A stretch of 64,000 bases of DNA, from the NCBI GenBank assembly GCA_964016885.1, contig OZ024741.1:94612001-94676000 (forward strand), given 5' to 3'. The notes under the pieces are model-generated. The model ran no database searches. It was not told the DNA's origin and saw only the letters and a program-made list of their open reading frames with translations. The stretch is from Eledone cirrhosa. Lineage: Eukaryota. The position numbers and the translations under genes are program-made. How positions within the stretch are numbered: the stretch's first letter is position 1; each line of letters starts with the position of its first letter. This document shows positions 22,701-37,700 of the stretch, one piece after another.

Positions 22701-25700
22701 GGAAGGTGGTGGTGGCGATATTGGTGATGGAAGGTGGTGGTGGCGATATTGGTGATGAAAGGTGGTGGTGGCGATATTGGTGATGGAAGGTGGTGGTGAT
22801 ATTGGTAATGGAAGGTGGTGGTGGTGATATTGGTGATGGGAGGTGGTGGTGATATTGGTAATGGAAGGTGGTGGTGGTGATATTGGTAATGGAAGGTGGT
22901 GGTGGTGATATTGGTAATGGAAGGTGGTGGTGGTGGTGATATTGGTAATGGAAGGTGGTGGTGATATTGGTGATGGAAGGTGGTGGTGATATTGGTAATG
23001 GAAGGTGGTGGTGATATTGGTGATGGAAGGTGGTGGTGATATTGGTAATGGAAGGTGGTGGTGATATTGGTGATGGAAGGTGGTGGTGATATTGGTAATG
23101 GAAGGTGGTGGTGATATTGGTAATGGAAGCTGGTGGTAGTGGTGGTGATATTGGTGATGGAAGGTGGTGGTGGTGATATTAGTGATGGAAGGTGGTGGTG
23201 GTGATATTAGTAATGGGAGGTGGTGGTGGTGGTGATATTGGTAATGGAAGATGGTGGAGGTGATATTGGTAATGGAAGCTGGTGGTGGTGATATTGGTGA
23301 TGGAAGGTGTGGTGGTGATATTGGTAATGGGAGGTGGTGGTGGTGGTGATATTGGTGATGGAAGGTGGTGGTGGTGATATTGGTGATGGAAGGTGGTGGT
23401 GGTGGTGGTGATATTGGTAATGGATGGTGGTGGTGGTGATATTGGTAATTGAACGTTGTGGTGGTGGTGATATTGGTGATGGAAGGTGGTGGTGGTGGTG
23501 ATATTGGTGATGGAAGGTGGTGGTGGTGGTGGTGATATTGGTGATGGAAGGTGGTGGTGGTGATATTGGTAATGGAAGGTGGTGGTGGTGGTGATATTGG
23601 TGATGGTGGTGATATTGGTAATGGATGGTGGTGGTGGTGATATTGGTGATGGGAGGTGGTGGTGGTGATATTGGTGATGGAAGGTGGTGGTGGTGATATT
23701 GGTGATGGTGGTGATACTGGTGATGGAAGGTGGTGGTGGTGGTGACATTGGTAATGAAAAGTGGTGGTGGTGGTGGTGGTGGTGATATTGGCGATGGAAG
23801 GTGGTGGTGATATTGGTAATGGAAGGTGGTGGTGGTGATATTGGTAATGGAAGGTGGTGGTGGTGATATTGGTGATGGAAGGTGGTGGTGGTGATATTGG
23901 TGATGGAAGGTGGTGGCGGTGATATTGGTGATGGAAGGTGGTGGTGGTGATATTGGTAATGGAAGGTGTGGTGGTGGTGATATTGGTGATGGAAGGTGGT
24001 GGTGGTGATATTGGTGATGGGAGGTGGTGGTGGTGATATTGGTGATGGGAGTGGGTGGTGGTGGTGATATTGGTAATGGAAGGTGGTGGTGGTGATACTG
24101 GTGATGGGAGGTGGTGGTGGTGGTATTGGTGATGGAAGGTGGTGGTGGTGGTATTGGTGATGGAAGGTGGTGGTGGTAATATTGGTGATGGAAGGTGGTG
24201 GTGGTGGTGATATTGGTGGTGGAAGGTGGTGGTGGTGATATTAGGTAATGGAAGGTGGTGGTGGTGATAGCGGTAATGGAAGGTGGTGGTGATATTGGTG
24301 ATGGGAGGTGGTGGTGGTGGTAATATTGGTGATGGAAGGTGGTGGTGGTGATATTGGTGATGGAAGGTGGTGGTGGTGATATTAGGTAATGGAAGGTGGT
24401 GGTGGTGATAGCGGTAATGGAAGGTGGTGGTGATATTGGTGATGGGAGGTGGTGGTGGTGATATTGGTGATGGGAGTGGGTGGTGGTGGTGATATTGGTA
24501 ATGGAAGGTGGTGGTGGTGATACTGGTGATGGGAGGTGGTGGTGGTGGTATTGGTGATGGAAGGTGGTGGTGGTGGTATTGGTGATGGAAGGTGGTGGTG
24601 GTAATATTGGTGATGGAAGGTGGTGGTGGTGGTGATATTGGTGGTGGAAGGTGGTGGTGGTGATATTAGGTAATGGAAGGTGGTGGTGGTGATATTGGTG
24701 ATGGGAGGTGGTGGTGGTGGTAATATTGGTGATGGAAGGTGGTGGTGGTGATATTGGTGATGGAAGGTGGTGGTGGTGATATTAGGTAATGGAAGGTGGT
24801 GGTGGTGATACTGGTGATGGGAGGTGGTGGTGGTGATACTGGTGATGGAAGGTGGTGGTGGTGATATTGGTGATGGAAGGTGGTTGGGGTGATATTGGTG
24901 ATGAAAAGTGACGGTGGTAATATTGGTGATGGGAGGTGGTGGTGGTGGCGATATTGGTGATGGGAGGTGGTGGTGGTGGCGATATTGGTGATGGACGGTG
25001 GTGGTGGTAATATTGGTGATGGAAGGTGGTGGTGGTGATATTGGTGATGGAAGGTGGTGATGCTGATATTGGTAATGGGAGGTGGTGGTGGTGGTGATAT
25101 TGGTGATGGGAGGTGGTGGTGGTGATATTGGTGATGGAAGGTGGTGGTGGTGATATTGGTGATGGAAGGTGGTGGTGGTGATATTGGTAATGGAAGGTGG
25201 TGGTGGTGATACTGGTGATGGGAGGTGGTGGTGGTGATATTGGTGATGGAAGGTGGTGGTGGTGGTGATATTGATGATGGAAGGTGGTGGTGGTGTTGAT
25301 ATTGGTGATGGAAGGTGGTGGTGGTGGTGATATTGGTGATGGAAGGTGGTGGTGGTGATGGAAGGTGGTGGTGATATTGGTAATGGAAGGTGGAGGTGGT
25401 GGTGATATTGGTAATGGAAGGTGGTGGTGGTGATATTGGTAATGGAAGGGGGTGGTGGTGATATTGGTGATGGAAGGTGGTGGTGGTGGTGATATTGGTG
25501 ATGGAAGGTGGTGGTGGTGGTGATATTGGTGATCGAAGGTGGTGGTGGGGGTGATATTGGTGGTGGTGGTGGTGATATTGGTAATGGAAGGTGATGGTGG
25601 TGATATTGGTAATGGAAGGTGGTGGTGGTGATATTGGTGATGGAAGGTGGTGGTGGTGGTGATATTGGGAATGGAAGATGGTGGTGGTGATATTGGGAAT

Positions 25701-28700
25701 GGAAGATGGTGGTGGTGATATTGGTGATGGAAGGTGGTGGTGATGGTGATATTGGTGATGGAAGGTGGTGGTGGTGGTGATATTGGTGATCGAAGGTGGT
25801 GGTGGGGGTGATATTGGTGGTGGTGGTGGTGATATTGGTAATGGAAGGTGATGCTGGTGATATTGGGAATGGAAGATGGTGGTGGTGATATTGGTAATGG
25901 AAGGTGGTGGTGGTGATATTGGTGATGGAAGGTGGTGGTGGTGGTAATATTGGTAATGGGAGGTGGTGGTGGTGGTGATATTGGTAATGGAAGGTGGTGG
26001 TGGTGGTGATATTGGTAATGAAAAGTGGTGGTGGTTATATTGGTGGTGGAAGGTGGTGGTGTTGATATTGGTGGTGGAAGGTGGTGGTGGTGATACTGGT
26101 GATGGGAGGTGGTGGTGGTGATACTGGTGATGGAAGGTGGTGGTGGTGATATTGGTAATGGAAGGTGGTGGTGGTGATATTGGTGATGGAAGGTGGTGGT
26201 GGTGGTGATGGAAGGTGGTGGTGTTGATATTGGTAATGGAAGGTGGTGGTGGTGGTGATATTGGGAATGGAAGATGGTGGTGGTGATATTGGTGATGGAA
26301 GGTGGTGGTGGTGGTAATATTGGTAATGGAAGGTGGTGGTGGTGGTGATATTGGTGATGGAAGGTGGTGGTGGTGTTGATATTGGTAATGGAAGGTGGTG
26401 GTGGTGATATTGATGATGGAAGGTGGTGGTGGTGGTGATATTGGTGATGGAAGGTGGTGGTGGTGGTGATGAAAGGTGGTGGTGGTAATATTGGTGATGG
26501 AAGGTGGTGGTGGTGATATTGGTGATAGAAGGTGGTGGTGGTGATATTGGTGATAGAAGGTGGTGGTGGTGATATTGGTGATGGAAGGTGGTGGTGGTGA
26601 TATTGGTGATGGAAAGTGGTGGCGGTGGTGATGTTGGTGATGAAAAGTGGTGGTGGTGATATTGGTGATGGAAGGTGGTGGTGGCGATATTGGTAATGGA
26701 AGGGGGTGGTGGTGATATTGGTGATGGAAGGTGGTGGTGGTGGTGATATTGGTAATGGAAGGTGGTGGTGGTGATATTGGTGATGGAAGGTGGTGGTGAT
26801 ATTGGTGATGGAAGGTGGTGGTGGTGATATTGGTGATGGAAGGTGGTGGTGTTGATATTGGTAATGGAAGGGGGTGGTGGTGATATTGGTGATGGAAGGT
26901 GGTGGTGGTGGTGATATTGGTAATGGAAGGTGGTGGTGATATTGGTGATGGAAGGTGGTGGTGATATTGGTAATGGAAGGTGGTGGTGATATTGGTGATG
27001 GAAGGTGGTGGTGATATTGGTAATGGAAGGTGGTGGTGATATTGGTGATGGAAGGTGGTGGTGATATTGGTAATGGAAGGTGGTGGTGATATTGGTAATG
27101 GAAGCTGGTGGTAGTGGTGGTGATATTGGTGATGGAAGGTGGTGGTGGTGATATTAGTGATGGAAGGTGGTGGTGGTGATATTAGTAATGGGAGGTGGTG
27201 GTGGTGGTGATATTGGTAATGGAAGATGGTGGTGGTGATATTGGTAATGGAAGCTGGTGGTGGTGATATTGGTGATGGAAGGTGGTGGTGGTGATATTGG
27301 TAATGGGAGGTGGTGGTGGTGGTGATATTGGTGATGGAAGGTGGTGGTGGTGATATTGGTGATGGAAGGTGGTGGTGGTGGTGGTGATATTGGTAATGGA
27401 TGGTGGTGGTGGTGATATTGGTAATTGAACGTTGTGGTGGTGGTGATATTGGTGATGGAAGGTGGTGGTGGTGGTGATATTGGTGATGGAAGGTGGTGGT
27501 GGTGGTGGTGATATTGGTGATGGAAGGTGGTGGTGGTGATATTGGTAATGGAAGGTGGTGGTGGTGGTGATATTGGTGATGGTGGTGATATTGGTAATGG
27601 ATGGTGGTGGTGGTGATATTGGTGATGGGAGGTGGTGGTGGTGATATTGGTGATGGAAGGTGGTGGTGGTGATATTGGTGATGGTGGTGATACTGGTGAT
27701 GGAAGGTGGTGGTGGTGGTGACATTGGTAATGAAAAGTGGTGGTGGTGGTGGTGGTGGTGATATTGGCGATGGAAGGTGGTGGTGATATTGGTAATGGAA
27801 GGTGGTGGTGGTGATATTGGTAATGGAAGGTGGTGGTGGTGATATTGGTGATGGAAGGTGGTGGTGGTGATATTGGTGATGGAAGGTGGTGGCGGTGATA
27901 TTGGTGATGGAAGGTGGTGGTGGTGATATTGGTAATGGAAGGTGTGGTGGTGGTGATATTGGTGATGGAAGATGGTGGTGGTGATATTGGTGATGGGAGG
28001 TGGTGGTGGTGATATTGGTGATGGGAGTGGGTGGTGGTGGTGATATTGGTAATGGAAGGTGGTGGTGGTGATACTGGTGATGGGAGGTGGTGGTGGTGGT
28101 ATTGGTGATGGAAGGTGGTGGTGGTGGTATTGGTGATGGAAGGTGGTGGTGGTAATATTGGTGATGGAAGGTGGTGGTGGTGGTGATATTGGTGGTGGAA
28201 GGTGGTGGTGGTGATATTAGGTAATGGAAGGTGGTGGTGGTGATAGCGGTAATGGAAGGTGGTGGTGATATTGGTGATGGGAGGTGGTGGTGGTGGTAAT
28301 ATTGGTGATGGAAGGTGGTGGTGGTGATATTGGTGATGGAAGGTGGTGGTGGTGATATTAGGTAATGGAAGGTGGTGGTGGTGATACTGGTGATGGGAGG
28401 TGGTGGTGGTGATACTGGTGATGGAAGGTGGTGGTGGTGATATTGGTGATGGAAGGTGGTTGGGGTGATATTGGTGATGAAAAGTGACGGTGGTAATATT
28501 GGTGATGGGAGGTGGTGGTGGTGGCGATATTGGTGATGGGAGGTGGTGGTGGTGGCGATATTGGTGATGGACGGTGGTGGTGGTAATATTGGTGATGGAA
28601 GGTGGTGGTGGTGATATTGGTGATGGAAGGTGGTGATGCTGATATTGGTAATGGGAGGTGGTGGTGGTGGTGATATTGGTGATGGGAGGTGGTGGTGGTG

Positions 28701-31700
28701 ATATTGGTGATGGAAGGTGGTGGTGGTGATATTGGTGATGGAAGGTGGTGGTGGTGATATTGGTAATGGAAGGTGGTGGTGGTGATACTGGTGATGGGAG
28801 GTGGTGGTGGTGATACTGGTGATGGAAGGTGGTGGTGGTGATATTGGTGATGGAAGGTGGTGGTGGTGGTGATATTGATGATGGAAGGTGGTGGTGGTGT
28901 TGATATTGGTGATGGAAGGTGGTGGTGGTGGTGATATTGGTGATGGAAGGTGGTGGTGGTGATGGAAGGTGGTGGTGATATTGGTAATGGAAGGTGGAGG
29001 TGGTGGTGATATTGGTAATGGAAGGTGGTGGTGGTGATATTGGTAATGGAAGGGGGTGGTGGTGATATTGGTGATGGAAGGTGGTGGTGGTGGTGATATT
29101 GGTGATGGAAGGTGGTGGTGGTGGTGATATTGGTGATCGAAGGTGGTGGTGGGGGTGATATTGGTGGTGGTGGTGGTGATATTGGTAATGGAAGGTGATG
29201 GTGGTGATATTGGTAATGGAAGGTGGTGGTGGTGATATTGGTGATGGAAGGTGGTGGTGGTGGTGATATTGGGAATGGAAGATGGTGGTGGTGATATTGG
29301 GAATGGAAGGTGGTGGTGATGGTGATATTGGTGATGGAAGGTGGTGGTGATGGTGATATTGGTGATGGAAGGTGGTGGTGGTGATATTGGGAATGGAAGA
29401 TGGTGGTGGTGATATTGGTAATGGAAGGTGGTGGTGGTGATATTGGTGATGGAAGGTGGTGGTGGTGGTAATATTGGTAATGGGAGGTGGTGGTGGTGGT
29501 GATATTGGTAATGGAAGGTGGTGGTGGTGGTGATATTGGTAATGAAAAGTGGTGGTGGTTATATTGGTGGTGGAAGGTGGTGGTGTTGATATTGGTGGTG
29601 GAAGGTGGTGGTGGTGATACTGGTGATGGGAGGTGGTGGTGGTGATACTGGTGATGGAAGGTGGTGGTGGTGATATTGGTAATGGAAGGTGGTGGTGGTG
29701 ATATTGGTGATGGAAGGTGGTGGTGGTGGTGATGGAAGGTGGTGGTGTTGATATTGGTAATGGAAGGTGGTGGTGGTGGTGATATTGGGAATGGAAGATG
29801 GTGGTGGTGATATTGGTGATGGAAGGTGGTGGTGGTGGTAATATTGGTAATGGAAGGTGGTGGTGGTGGTGATATTGGTGATGGAAGGTGGTGGTGGTGT
29901 TGATATTGGTAATGGAAGGTGGTGGTGGTGATATTGATGATGGAAGGTGGTGGTGGTGGTGATATTGGTGATGGAAGGTGGTGGTGGTGGTGATGAAAGG
30001 TGGTGGTGGTAATATTGGTGATGGAAGGTGGTGGTGGTGATATTGGTGATAGAAGGTGGTGGTGGTGATATTGGTGATGGAAGGTGGTGGTGGTGATATT
30101 GGTGATGGAAAGTGGTGGCGGTGGTGATGTTGGTGATGAAAAGTGGTGGTGGTGATATTGGTGATGGAAGGTGGTGGTGGCGATATTGGTAATGGAAGGG
30201 GGTGGTGGTGATATTGGTGATGGAAGGTGGTGGTGGTGGTGATATTGGTAATGGAAGGTGGTGGTGGTGATATTGGTGATGGAAGGTGGTGGTGATATTG
30301 GTGATGGAAGGTGGTGGTGGTGATATTGGTGATGGAAGGTGGTGGTGTTGATATTGGTAATGGAAGGGGGTGGTGGTGATATTGGTGATGGAAGGTGGTG
30401 GTGGTGGTGATATTGGTAATGGAAGGTGTGGTGGTGGTGATATTGGTGATGGAAGGTGGTGGCGGTGATACTGGTGATGGGAGGTGGTGGTGGTGATACT
30501 GGTGATAGAAGGTGGTGCTGGTGATATTGGTGATGGGAGGTGGTGGTGGTGTTGATATTGGTAATGGAAGGTGGTGGTGGTCTTGATATTGGTAATGGAA
30601 GGTGGTGGTGGTGATATTGGTAATGGGAGGTGGTGGTGGTGGTGATATTGGTAATGGAAGGTGGTGGTGGTGATATTGGTAATGGGAGGTGGTGGTGGTG
30701 TTGATATTGGTAATGGAAGGTGGTGGTGGTGATATTGGTAATGGGAGGTGGTGGTGGTGGTGATATTGGTAATGGAAGGTGGTGGTGGTGATATTGGTAA
30801 TGGGAGGTGGTGGTGGTGTTGATATTGGTAATGGAAGGTGGTGGTGGTTATATTGGTAATGGGAGGTGGTGGTGGTGGTGATATTGGTAATGGAAGGTGG
30901 TGGTGGTGGTGATATTGGTAATGAAAAGTGGTGGTGGTGATGGAAGGTGGTGGTGGTGATATTGGTGATGGACGGTGGTGGTGGTGTTGATATTGGTAAT
31001 GGAAGGTGGTGGTGGTGATATTGGTGATGGAAGGTGGTGGTGGTGTTGATATTGGTAATGGAAGGTGGTGGTGGTGATATTGATGATGGAAGGTGGTGGT
31101 GGTGGTGATATTGGTGATGGAAGGTGGTGGTGGTGGTGATGAAAGGTGGTGGTGGTAATATTGGTGATGGAAGATGGTGGTGGTGATATTGGTGGTGGAA
31201 GGTGGTGGTGGTGATATTGGTGATGGAAGGTGGTGGTGGCGATATTGGTGATGGAAGGTGGTGGTGGCGATATTGGTGATGAAAGGTGGTGGTGGCGATA
31301 TTGGTGATGGAAGGTGGTGGTGATATTGGTAATGGAAGGTGGTGGTGGTGATATTGGTAATGGAAGGTGGTGGTGGTGATATTGGTAATGGAAGGTGGTG
31401 GTGGTGGTGATATTGGTAATGGGAGGTGGTGGTGATATTGGTAATGGAAGGTGGTGGTGATATTGGTGATGGAAGGTGGTGGTGATATTGGTAATGGAAG
31501 GTGGTGGTGATATTGGTGATGGAAGGTGGTGGTGATATTGGTAATGGAAGGTGGTGGTGATATTGGTGATGGAAGGTGGTGGTGATATTGGTAATGGAAG
31601 GTGGTGGTGATATTGGTAATGGAAGCTGGTGGTAGTGGTGGTGATATTGGTGATGGAAGGTGGTGGTGGTGATATTAGTGATGGAAGGTGGTGGTGGTGA

Positions 31701-34700
31701 TATTAGTAATGGGAGGTGGTGGTGGTGGTGATATTGGTAATGGAAGGTGGTGGTGGTGATATTGGTAATGGAAGCTGGTGGTGGTGATATTGGTGATGGA
31801 AGGTGGTGGTGGTGATATTGGTAATGGGAGGTGGTGGTGGTGGTGATATTGGTGATGGAAGGTGGTGGTGGCGATATTGGTGATGGAAGGTGGTGGTGGT
31901 GGTGGTGATATTGGTAATGGATGGTGGTGGTGGTGGTGGTGGTGGTGATATTGGTAATTGAACGTTGTGGTGGTGGTGATATTGGTGATGGAAGGTGGTG
32001 GTGGTGGTGATATTGGTGATGGAAGGTGGTGGTGGTGGTGGTGATATTGGTGATGGAAGGTGGTGGTGGTGATATTGGTAATGGAAGGTGGTGGTGGTGG
32101 TGATATTGGTGATGGTGGTGATATTGGTAATGGATGGTGGTGGTGGTGATATTGGTGATGGGAGGTGGTGGTGGTGATATTGGTGATGGAAGGTGGTGGT
32201 GGTGATATTGGTGATGGTGGTGATACTGGTGATGGAAGGTGGTGGTGGTGGTGGGGATATTGGTGATGGAAGGTGGTGGTGGTGGTGACATTGGTAATGA
32301 AAAGTGGTGGTGGTGGTGGTGGTGGTGATATTGGCGATGGAAGGTGGTGGTGATATTGGTAATGGAAGGTGGTGGTGGTGATATTGGTAATGGAAGGTGG
32401 TGGTGGTGATATTGGTGATGGAAGGTGGTGGTGGTGATATTGGTGATGGAAGGTGGTGGCGGTGATATTGGTGATGGAAGGTGGTGGTGGTGATATTGGT
32501 AATGGAAGGTGTGGTGGTGGTGATATTGGTGATGGAAGGTGGTGGTGGTGATATTGGTGATGGGAGGTGGTGGTGGTGATATTGGTGATGGGAGTGGGTG
32601 GTGGTGGTGATATTGGTAATGGAAGGTGGTGGTGGTGATACTGGTGATGGGAGGTGGTGGTGGTGGTATTGGTGATGGAAGGTGGTGGTGGTGGTATTGG
32701 TGATGGAAGGTGGTGGTGGTGATATTGGTGATGGAAGGTGGTGGTGGTGGTGATATTGGTGGTGGAAGGTGGTGGTGGTGATATTAGGTAATGGAAGGTG
32801 GTGGTGGTGATAGCGGTAATGGAAGGTGGTGGTGATATTGGTGATGGGAGGTGGTGGTGGTGGTAATATTGGTGATGGAAGGTGGTGGTGGTGATATTGG
32901 TGATGGAAGGTGGTGGTGGTGATATTAGGTAATGGAAGGTGGTGGTGGTGATACTGGTGATGGGAGGTGGTGGTGGTGATACTGGTGATGGAAGGTGGTG
33001 GTGGTGATATTGGTGATGGAAGGTGGTTGGGGTGATATTGGTGATGAAAAGTGACGGTGGTAATATTGGTGATGGGAGGTGGTGGTGGTGGCGATATTGG
33101 TGATGGGAGGTGGTGGTGGTGGCGATATTGGTGATGGACGGTGGTGGTGGTAATATTGGTGATGGAAGGTGGTGGTGGTGATATTGGTGATGGAAGGTGG
33201 TGATGCTGATATTGGTAATGGGAGGTGGTGGTGGTGGTGATATTGGTGATGGGAGGTGGTGGTGGTGATATTGGTGATGGAAGGTGGTGGTGGTGATATT
33301 GGTGATGGAAGGTGGTGGTGGTGATATTGGTGATGGAAGATGGTGGTGGTGATATTGGTGGTGGAAGGTGGTGGTGGTGATATTGGTGATGGAAGGTGGT
33401 GGTGGTGATATTGGTGATGGAAGGTGGTGGTGGTGATATTGGTAATGGAAGGTGGTGGTGGTGATACTGGTGATGGGAGGTGGTGGTGGTGATACTGGTG
33501 ATGGAAGGTGGTGGTGGTGATATTGGTGATGGAAGGTGGTGGTGGTGGTGATATTGATGATGGAAGGTGGTGGTGGTGTTGATATTGGTGATGGAAGGTG
33601 GTGGTGGTGGTGATATTGGTGATGGAAGGTGGTGGTGGTGATGGAAGGTGGTGGTGATATTGGTAATGGAAGGTGGAGGTGGTGGTGATATTGGTAATGG
33701 AAGGTGGTGGTGGTGATATTGGTAATGGAAGGGGGTGGTGGTGATATTGGTGATGGAAGGTGGTGGTGGTGGTGATATTGGTGATGGAAGGTGGTGGTGG
33801 TGGTGATATTGGTGATCGAAGGTGGTGGTGGGGGTGATATTGGTGGTGGTGGTGGTGATATTGGTAATGGAAGGTGATGGTGGTGATATTGGTAATGGAA
33901 GGTGGTGGTGGTGATATTGGTGATGGAAGGTGGTGGTGGTGATATTGGGAATGGAAGATGGTGGTGGTGATATTGGTGATGGAAGGTGGTGGTGATGGTG
34001 ATATTGGTGATGGAAGGTGGTGGTGGTGGTGATATTGGTGATCGAAGGTGGTGGTGGGGGTGATATTGGTGGTGGTGGTGGTGATATTGGTAATGGAAGG
34101 TGATGCTGGTGATATTGGGAATGGAAGATGGTGGTGGTGATATTGGTAATGGAAGGTGGTGGTGGTGATATTGGTGGTGGAAGGTGGTGGTGGTGGTAAT
34201 ATTGGTAATGGGAGGTGGTGGTGGTGGTGATATTGGTAATGGAAGGTGGTGGTGGTGGTGATATTGGTAATGAAAAGTGGTGGTGGTGATATTGGTGGTG
34301 GAAGGTGGTGGTGTTGATATTGGTGGTGGAAGGTGGTGGTGGTGATACTGGTGATGGGAGGTGGTGGTGGTGATACTGGTGATGGAAGGTGGTGGTGGTG
34401 ATATTGGTAATGGAAGGTGGTGGTGGTGATATTGGTGATGGAAGGTGGTGGTGGTGGTGATGGAAGGTGGTGGTGTTGATATTGGTAATGGAAGGTGGTG
34501 GTGGTGGTGATATTGGGAATGGAAGATGGTGGTGGTGATATTGGTGATGGAAGGTGGTGGTGGTGGTAATATTGGTAATGGAAGGTGGTGGTGGTGGTGA
34601 TATTGGTGATGGAAGGTGGTGGTGGTGTTGATATTGGTAATGGAAGGTGGTGGTGGTGATATTGATGATGGAAGGTGGTGGTGGTGGTGATATTGGTGAT

Positions 34701-37700
34701 GGAAGGTGGTGGTGGTGGTGATGAAAGGTGGTGGTGGTAATATTGGTGATGGAAGGTGGTGGTGGTGATATTGGTGATGGAAGGTGGTGGTGGTGATATT
34801 GGTGATGGAAGGTGGTGGTGGTGATATTGGTGATGGAAAGTGGTGGCGGTGGTGATGTTGGTGATGAAAAGTGGTGGTGGTGATATTGGTGATGGAAGGT
34901 GGTGGTGGCGATATTGGTAATGGAAGGGGGTGGTGGTGATATTGGTGATGGAAGGTGGTGGTGGTGGTGATATTGGTAATGGAAGGTGGTGGTGGTGATA
35001 TTGGTGATGGAAGGTGGTGGTGATATTGGTGATGGAAGGTGGTGGTGGTGATATTGGTGATGGAAGGTGGTGGTGTTGATATTGGTAATGGAAGGGGGTG
35101 GTGGTGATATTGGTGATGGAAGGTGGTGGTGGTGGTGATATTGGTAATGGAAGGTGTGGTGGTGGTGATATTGGTGATGGAAGGTGGTGGCGGTGATACT
35201 GGTGATGGGAGGTGGTGGTGGTGATACTGGTGATAGAAGGTGGTGCTGGTGATATTGGTGATGGGAGGTGGTGGTGGTGTTGATATTGGTAATGGAAGGT
35301 GGTGGTGGTGTTGATATTGGTAATGGAAGGTGGTGGTGGTGATATTGGTAATGGGAGGTGGTGGTGGTGGTGATATTGGTAATGGAAGGTGGTGGTGGTG
35401 ATATTGGTAATGGGAGGTGGTGGTGGTGTTGATATTGGTAATGGAAGGTGGTGGTGGTGATATTGGTAATGGGAGGTGGTGGTGGTGGTGATATTGGTAA
35501 TGGAAGGTGGTGGTGGTGATATTGGTAATGGGAGGTGGTGGTGGTGTTGATATTGGTAATGGAAGGTGGTGGTGGTGATATTGGTAATGGGAGGTGGTGG
35601 TGGTGGTGATATTGGTAATGGAAGGTGGTGGTGGTGGTGATATTGGTAATGAAAAGTGGTGGTGGTGATGGAAGGTGGTGGTGGTGATATTGGTGATGGA
35701 CGGTGGTGGTGGTGTTGATATTGGTAATGGAAGGTGGTGGTGGTGATATTGGTGATGGAAGGTGGTGGTGGTGTTGATATTGGTAATGGAAGGTGGTGGT
35801 GGTGATATTGATGATGGAAGGTGGTGGTGGTGGTGATATTGGTGATGGAAGGTGGTGGTGGTGGTGACGAAAGGTGGTGGTGGTAATATTGGTGATGGAA
35901 GATGGTGGTGGTGATATTGGTGGTGGAAGGTGGTGGTGGTGATATTGGTGGTGGAAGGTGGTGGTGGTGATATTGGTGATGGAAGGTGGCGGTGGTGATA
36001 TTGGTGATGGACGGTGGTGGTGGTAATATCGGTGATGGAAGATGGTGGTGGTGATATTGGTGGTGGAAGGTGGTGGTGGTGATATTGGTAGTGGAAGGTG
36101 GTGGTGGTGATATTGGTGATGGGAGGTGGTGGTGGTGGTGATATTGGTAATGGAAGGTGATGGTGGTGATATTGGTAATGGGAGGTGGTGGTGGTGTTGA
36201 TATTGGTAATGGAAGGTGGTGGTGGTGGTGGTGGTGATATTGGTAATGGAAGGTGGTGGTGGTGGTGGTGATATTGGTAATGAAAGGTGGTGGTGGTGAT
36301 ATTGGTGATGGAAGGTGGTGGTGGTGGTGATATTGTTAATGGAAGGTGGTGGTGGTGGTGATATTGGTAATGGGAGGTGGTGGTGGTGGTGATATTGGTA
36401 ATGGGAGGTGGTGGTGGTGGTGATATTGGTAATGGGAGGTGGTGGTGGTGGTGATATTGGTAATGGGAGGTGGTGGTGGTGGTGATATTGGTAATGGAAG
36501 GTGGTGGTGGTGGTGATATTGGTAATGGGAGGTGGTGGTGGTGGTGATATTGGTAATGGGAGGTGGTGGTGGTGGTGATATTGGTAATGGGAGGTGGTGG
36601 TGGTGGTGATATTGGTAATGGGAGGTGGTGGTGGTTGTGATATTGGTAATGGGAGGTGGTGGTGGTGGTGATATTGGTGATGGAAGGTGGTGGTGGTGTT
36701 GATATTGGTAATGGAAGGTGGTGGTGGTGATATTGGTAATGGGAGGTGGTGGTGGTGGTGATATTGTTAATGGAAGGTGGTGGTGGTGGTGATATTGGTA
36801 ATGGGAGGTGGTGGTGGTGGTGATATTGGTAATGGGAGGTGGTGGTGGTGGTGATATTGGTAATGGGAGGTGGTGGTGGTGGTGATATTGGTAATGGAAG
36901 GTGGTGGTGGTGGTGATATTGGTAATGGGAGGTGGTGGTGGTGGTGATATTGGTAATGGAAGGTGGTGGTGGTGGTGATATTGGTAATGGGAGGTGGTGG
37001 TGGTGGTGATATTGGTAATGGGAGGTGGTGGTGGTGGTGATATTGGTAATGGAAGGTGGTGGTGGTGATATTGGTAATGGAAGGTGATGGTGGTGATATT
37101 GGTAATGGAAGGTGATGGTGGTGGTGGTGATATTGGTAATGGGAGTGGTGGTGGTGGTGATATTGGTAATGGAAGGTGGTGGTGGTGGTGGTGATATTGG
37201 TAATGGAAGGTGGTGGTGGTGGTGATATTGGTAATGGGAGGTGGTGGTGGTGGTGATATTGGTAATGGGAGGTGGTGGTGGTGGTGATATTGGTAATGGA
37301 AGGTGGTGGTGGTGGTGATATTGGTAATGGGAGGTGGTGGTGGTGGTGATATTGGTAATGGGAGTGGTGGTGGTGGTGATATTGGGAATGGAAGGTGGTG
37401 GTGGTGATATTGGTGATGGAAGGTGATGGTGGTGGTGGTGATATTGGGAATGGAAGGTGGTGGTGTTGATATTGGTAACGGAAGGTGGTGGTGGTGATAT
37501 TGGTAATGGAAGGTGGTGGTGGTGATATTGGTGATGGAAGGTGGTGGTGGTGATATTGGTAATGGGAGGTGGTGGTGGTGATATTGGTAATGGAAGGTGG
37601 TGGTGGTGACATTGGTAATGGAAGGTGGTGGTGGTGATATTGGTAACGGAAGGTGGTGGTGGTGATATTGGTAATGGAAGGTGGTGGTGGTGATATTGGT

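Noticed and set aside
12860-33000. Telomeric repeats (TTAGG variants in array A)
   Set aside because: Isolated TATTAGGT insertion variants, never tandem TTAGGG or TTAGG.
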